A DNA stretch of 64,000 nucleotides. Source: Octopus bimaculoides. Lineage: Eukaryota. Within the stretch, counting starts at the first letter, position 1. Each line of letters opens with the position of its first letter. Where the stretch lies: contig NC_068982.1 in assembly GCF_001194135.2 (NCBI RefSeq), forward strand, positions 53,864,159 through 53,928,158. The letters run 5' to 3'. The notes below the pieces were generated by a model. The model had not been told where the DNA came from. It was given only the letters and a program-made list of their open reading frames with translations, and did no database searches. The translations under genes were made by a program, and so were the position numbers. Below, one piece after another: positions 61,958 to 64,000 of this stretch.

Positions 61958-62833
61958 NNNNNNNNNNNNNNNNNNNNNNNNNNNNNNNNNNNNNNNNNNN
62001 NNNNNNNNNNNNNNNNNNNNNNNNNNNNNNNNNNNNNNNNNNNNNNNNNNNNNNNNNNNNNNNNNNNNNNNNNNNNNNNNNNNNNNNNNNNNNNNNNNNN
62101 NNNNNNNNNNNNNNNNNNNNNNNNNNNNNNNNNNNNNNNNNNNNNNNNNNNNNNNNNNNNNNNNNNNNNNNNNNNNNNNNNNNNNNNNNNNNNNNNNNNN
62201 NNNNNNNNNNNNNNNNNNNNNNNNNNNNNNNNNNNNNNNNNNNNNNNNNNNNNNNNNNNNNNNNNNNNNNNNNNNNNNNNNNNNNNNNNNNNNNNNNNNN
62301 NNNNNNNNNNNNNNNNNNNNNNNNNNNNNNNNNNNNNNNNNNNNNNNNNNNNNNNNNNNNNNNNNNNNNNNNNNNNNNNNNNNNNNNNNNNNNNNNNNNN
62401 NNNNNNNNNNNNNNNNNNNNNNNNNNNNNNNNNNNNNNNNNNNNNNNNNNNNNNNNNNNNNNNNNNNNNNNNNNNNNNNNNNNNNNNNNNNNNNNNNNNN
62501 NNNNNNNNNNNNNNNNNNNNNNNNNNNNNNNNNNNNNNNNNNNNNNNNNNNNNNNNNNNNNNNNNNNNNNNNNNNNNNNNNNNNNNNNNNNNNNNNNNNN
62601 NNNNNNNNNNNNNNNNNNNNNNNNNNNNNNNNNNNNNNNNNNNNNNNNNNNNNNNNNNNNNNNNNNNNNNNNNNNNNNNNNNNNNNNNNNNNNNNNNNNN
62701 NNNNNNNNNNNNNNNNNNNNNNNNNNNNNNNNNNNNNNNNNNNNNNNNNNNNNNNNNNNNNNNNNNNNNNNNNNNNNNNNNNNNNNNNNNNNNNNNNNNN
62801 NNNNNNNNNNNNNNNNNNNNNNNNNNNNNNNNN

Positions 62834-63064
62834 GATGACGATGATGATGATGATGATGATGGTTGTGGTGCTGGTGGTGCTGGTGGTGGTAGTGGAGTTC
62901 ACAGACCTGCTTGGTGATTGTGGTAAAAGTTGGGGTGGTAGTGGTGAGATGTAACGGTGGTGGTAAACTGGTGGCGGTGGTGATACTGCTACTGCAACTG
63001 CTACTGCTGCTGTTGCTGATCGTAGTCGTGACCGCAGTGGTGGCTGTAGGATTTGTTGTTGACG

Positions 63065-63096
<32 letters not shown>

Positions 63097-63305
63097 GGCG
63101 GTGTAGTTGTTCATAAGTTCTGTGGTGTTTGCGGTGACAGTAAAGGAATCTTTTGCGTTGTGGCTGTTGGATATAGAAGTGGTGGTGATGATGACGGCGA
63201 GGGAGTAGTTTTCTTGAAGGTGGTTGGGCGGTTGCGAGGAGGAGGTAACGATCATAATCATGGTGGTGGTGGTGGTGGTGGTGGTGGCGCTGCTGCTGCT
63301 GCTGC
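62834..63305. repeat. Cryptic GAT/GGT/GTT/GCT trinucleotide low-complexity region
   Basis: Direct inspection. It produces the V/G-rich ORF 62911-63384. Confidence 0.85.
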
Positions 63306-63317
63306 TAGGGTAATGTT

Positions 63318-63992
63318 CCTGGCAGAATTAGAAACACCCCGAGCAAAATGCTTAGCGGCATTTCGTCCGTCTTTTGCGTTCTGAGTTCAATTTCCGCCGA
63401 GGTCGACTTTACCTTTCAGCCTTTCGGGGTCTAGAAAATGGGTATCAGTCAAGCATTGGAATCGATGTAATCGACTTGTCCCCTCCACTAAAATTTCAAG
63501 CCTTGTGCCTATAGTAGAAAGGATTGTTAATCGTGAAGTGAAGTCAGCCAGCTGGCAGAATCGTTAGCACACCGGGGAAAATGCTTAGCGGCATTTCGTT
63601 CGTCCTTACGTTCTGAGTTCAAATTCCACCGATGTTGACTGTGCCTTTCATCCTTTTAGTGATAAAATAACTTTGCCTTTCTTCTCAAACAAGAGTTTCC
63701 AAAGTAGTCGATATCGACCCCTGAGGGGTGACGGGACTATTCAAGAGGTCGATAAATGCCTGAAACTGCACATCTACTTAATTAGTATTTATTTATTTTC
63801 ATATATATGCCTGGGGGGGGGTCGATGTGAGGGTCAAGGATTCCATGAAGAGGTCGATGGTCTAAAAAGTTTCGGGACCTCTGATCTAAAACGATGAAAA
63901 GCAAACGTACCAGTTGAGTACTGGGGTCGATGTAATCGACATGTCCCCTCCCCTAAAAATTTTCAGGAATTGTGCGTATAGTAAAAGTGATT
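63318..63992 (+). mobile_element. Tandem SINE A cluster
   Basis: Heads at about 63318 and 63548; core/tail at 63907-63992. Confidence 0.88.
63690..63883. mobile_element. hAT-Charlie-type MITE inserted in a SINE A copy
   Basis: TIRs CAAGAGTTTCCAAAGT / AGTTTCGGGACCTCTG; 8-bp TSD TTCTCAAA / ATCTAAAA (6/8 match). Confidence 0.7.
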
Positions 63993-64000
63993 ATTAGTCA

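Noticed and set aside
62911-63384. 157-aa V/G-rich ORF, and Thr/His-rich frames at 59450-61760
   Set aside because: Cryptic trinucleotide repeats ending in a SINE head; no domain signal.

Overview
AT-rich, repeat-saturated animal genomic DNA. It has about 19 N-gaps (roughly a sixth of the window), almost all flanked by (TA)n, (CA)n or (CT)n microsatellites. The SINE families and microsatellite load suggest an octopus genome, probably a short-read Octopus assembly; this is inference from recalled repeat sequences, not a database match. No host protein-coding gene, tRNA, rRNA or CRISPR array can be supported. Nearly every ORF in the supplied track is a microsatellite, gap read-through or decayed transposon. 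What can be supported is a nested mosaic of dead mobile elements. (1) At least four tRNA-headed SINE families (labelled A-D here) that share and swap modules. (2) Non-LTR fragments: R4/Dong-like next to (TAA)n, HERO-like, CR1-like and RTE-like. (3) Two Penelope-like (PLE) RT fragments. (4) DNA transposons: a full-length decayed Tc1 with both TIRs, a second Tc1, mariner fragments and three copies of a mariner MITE (two of them 219 bp), hAT-Charlie MITEs, a probable Helitron and a Chapaev3-like transposase. The most interesting signals are a near-intact type I hammerhead ribozyme (50434-50487, minus) lying between 77-bp direct repeats upstream of a PLE ORF, several other hammerhead-like motifs with palindromic helix III (81-130, 10836-10880, 11095-11139, 13152-13186), and a 238-bp near-perfect fold-back hairpin (8714-8951). 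TE family names rest on motifs recognised by eye and need HMM/BLAST confirmation. Boundaries of decayed repeats are approximate (about +/-20 bp).
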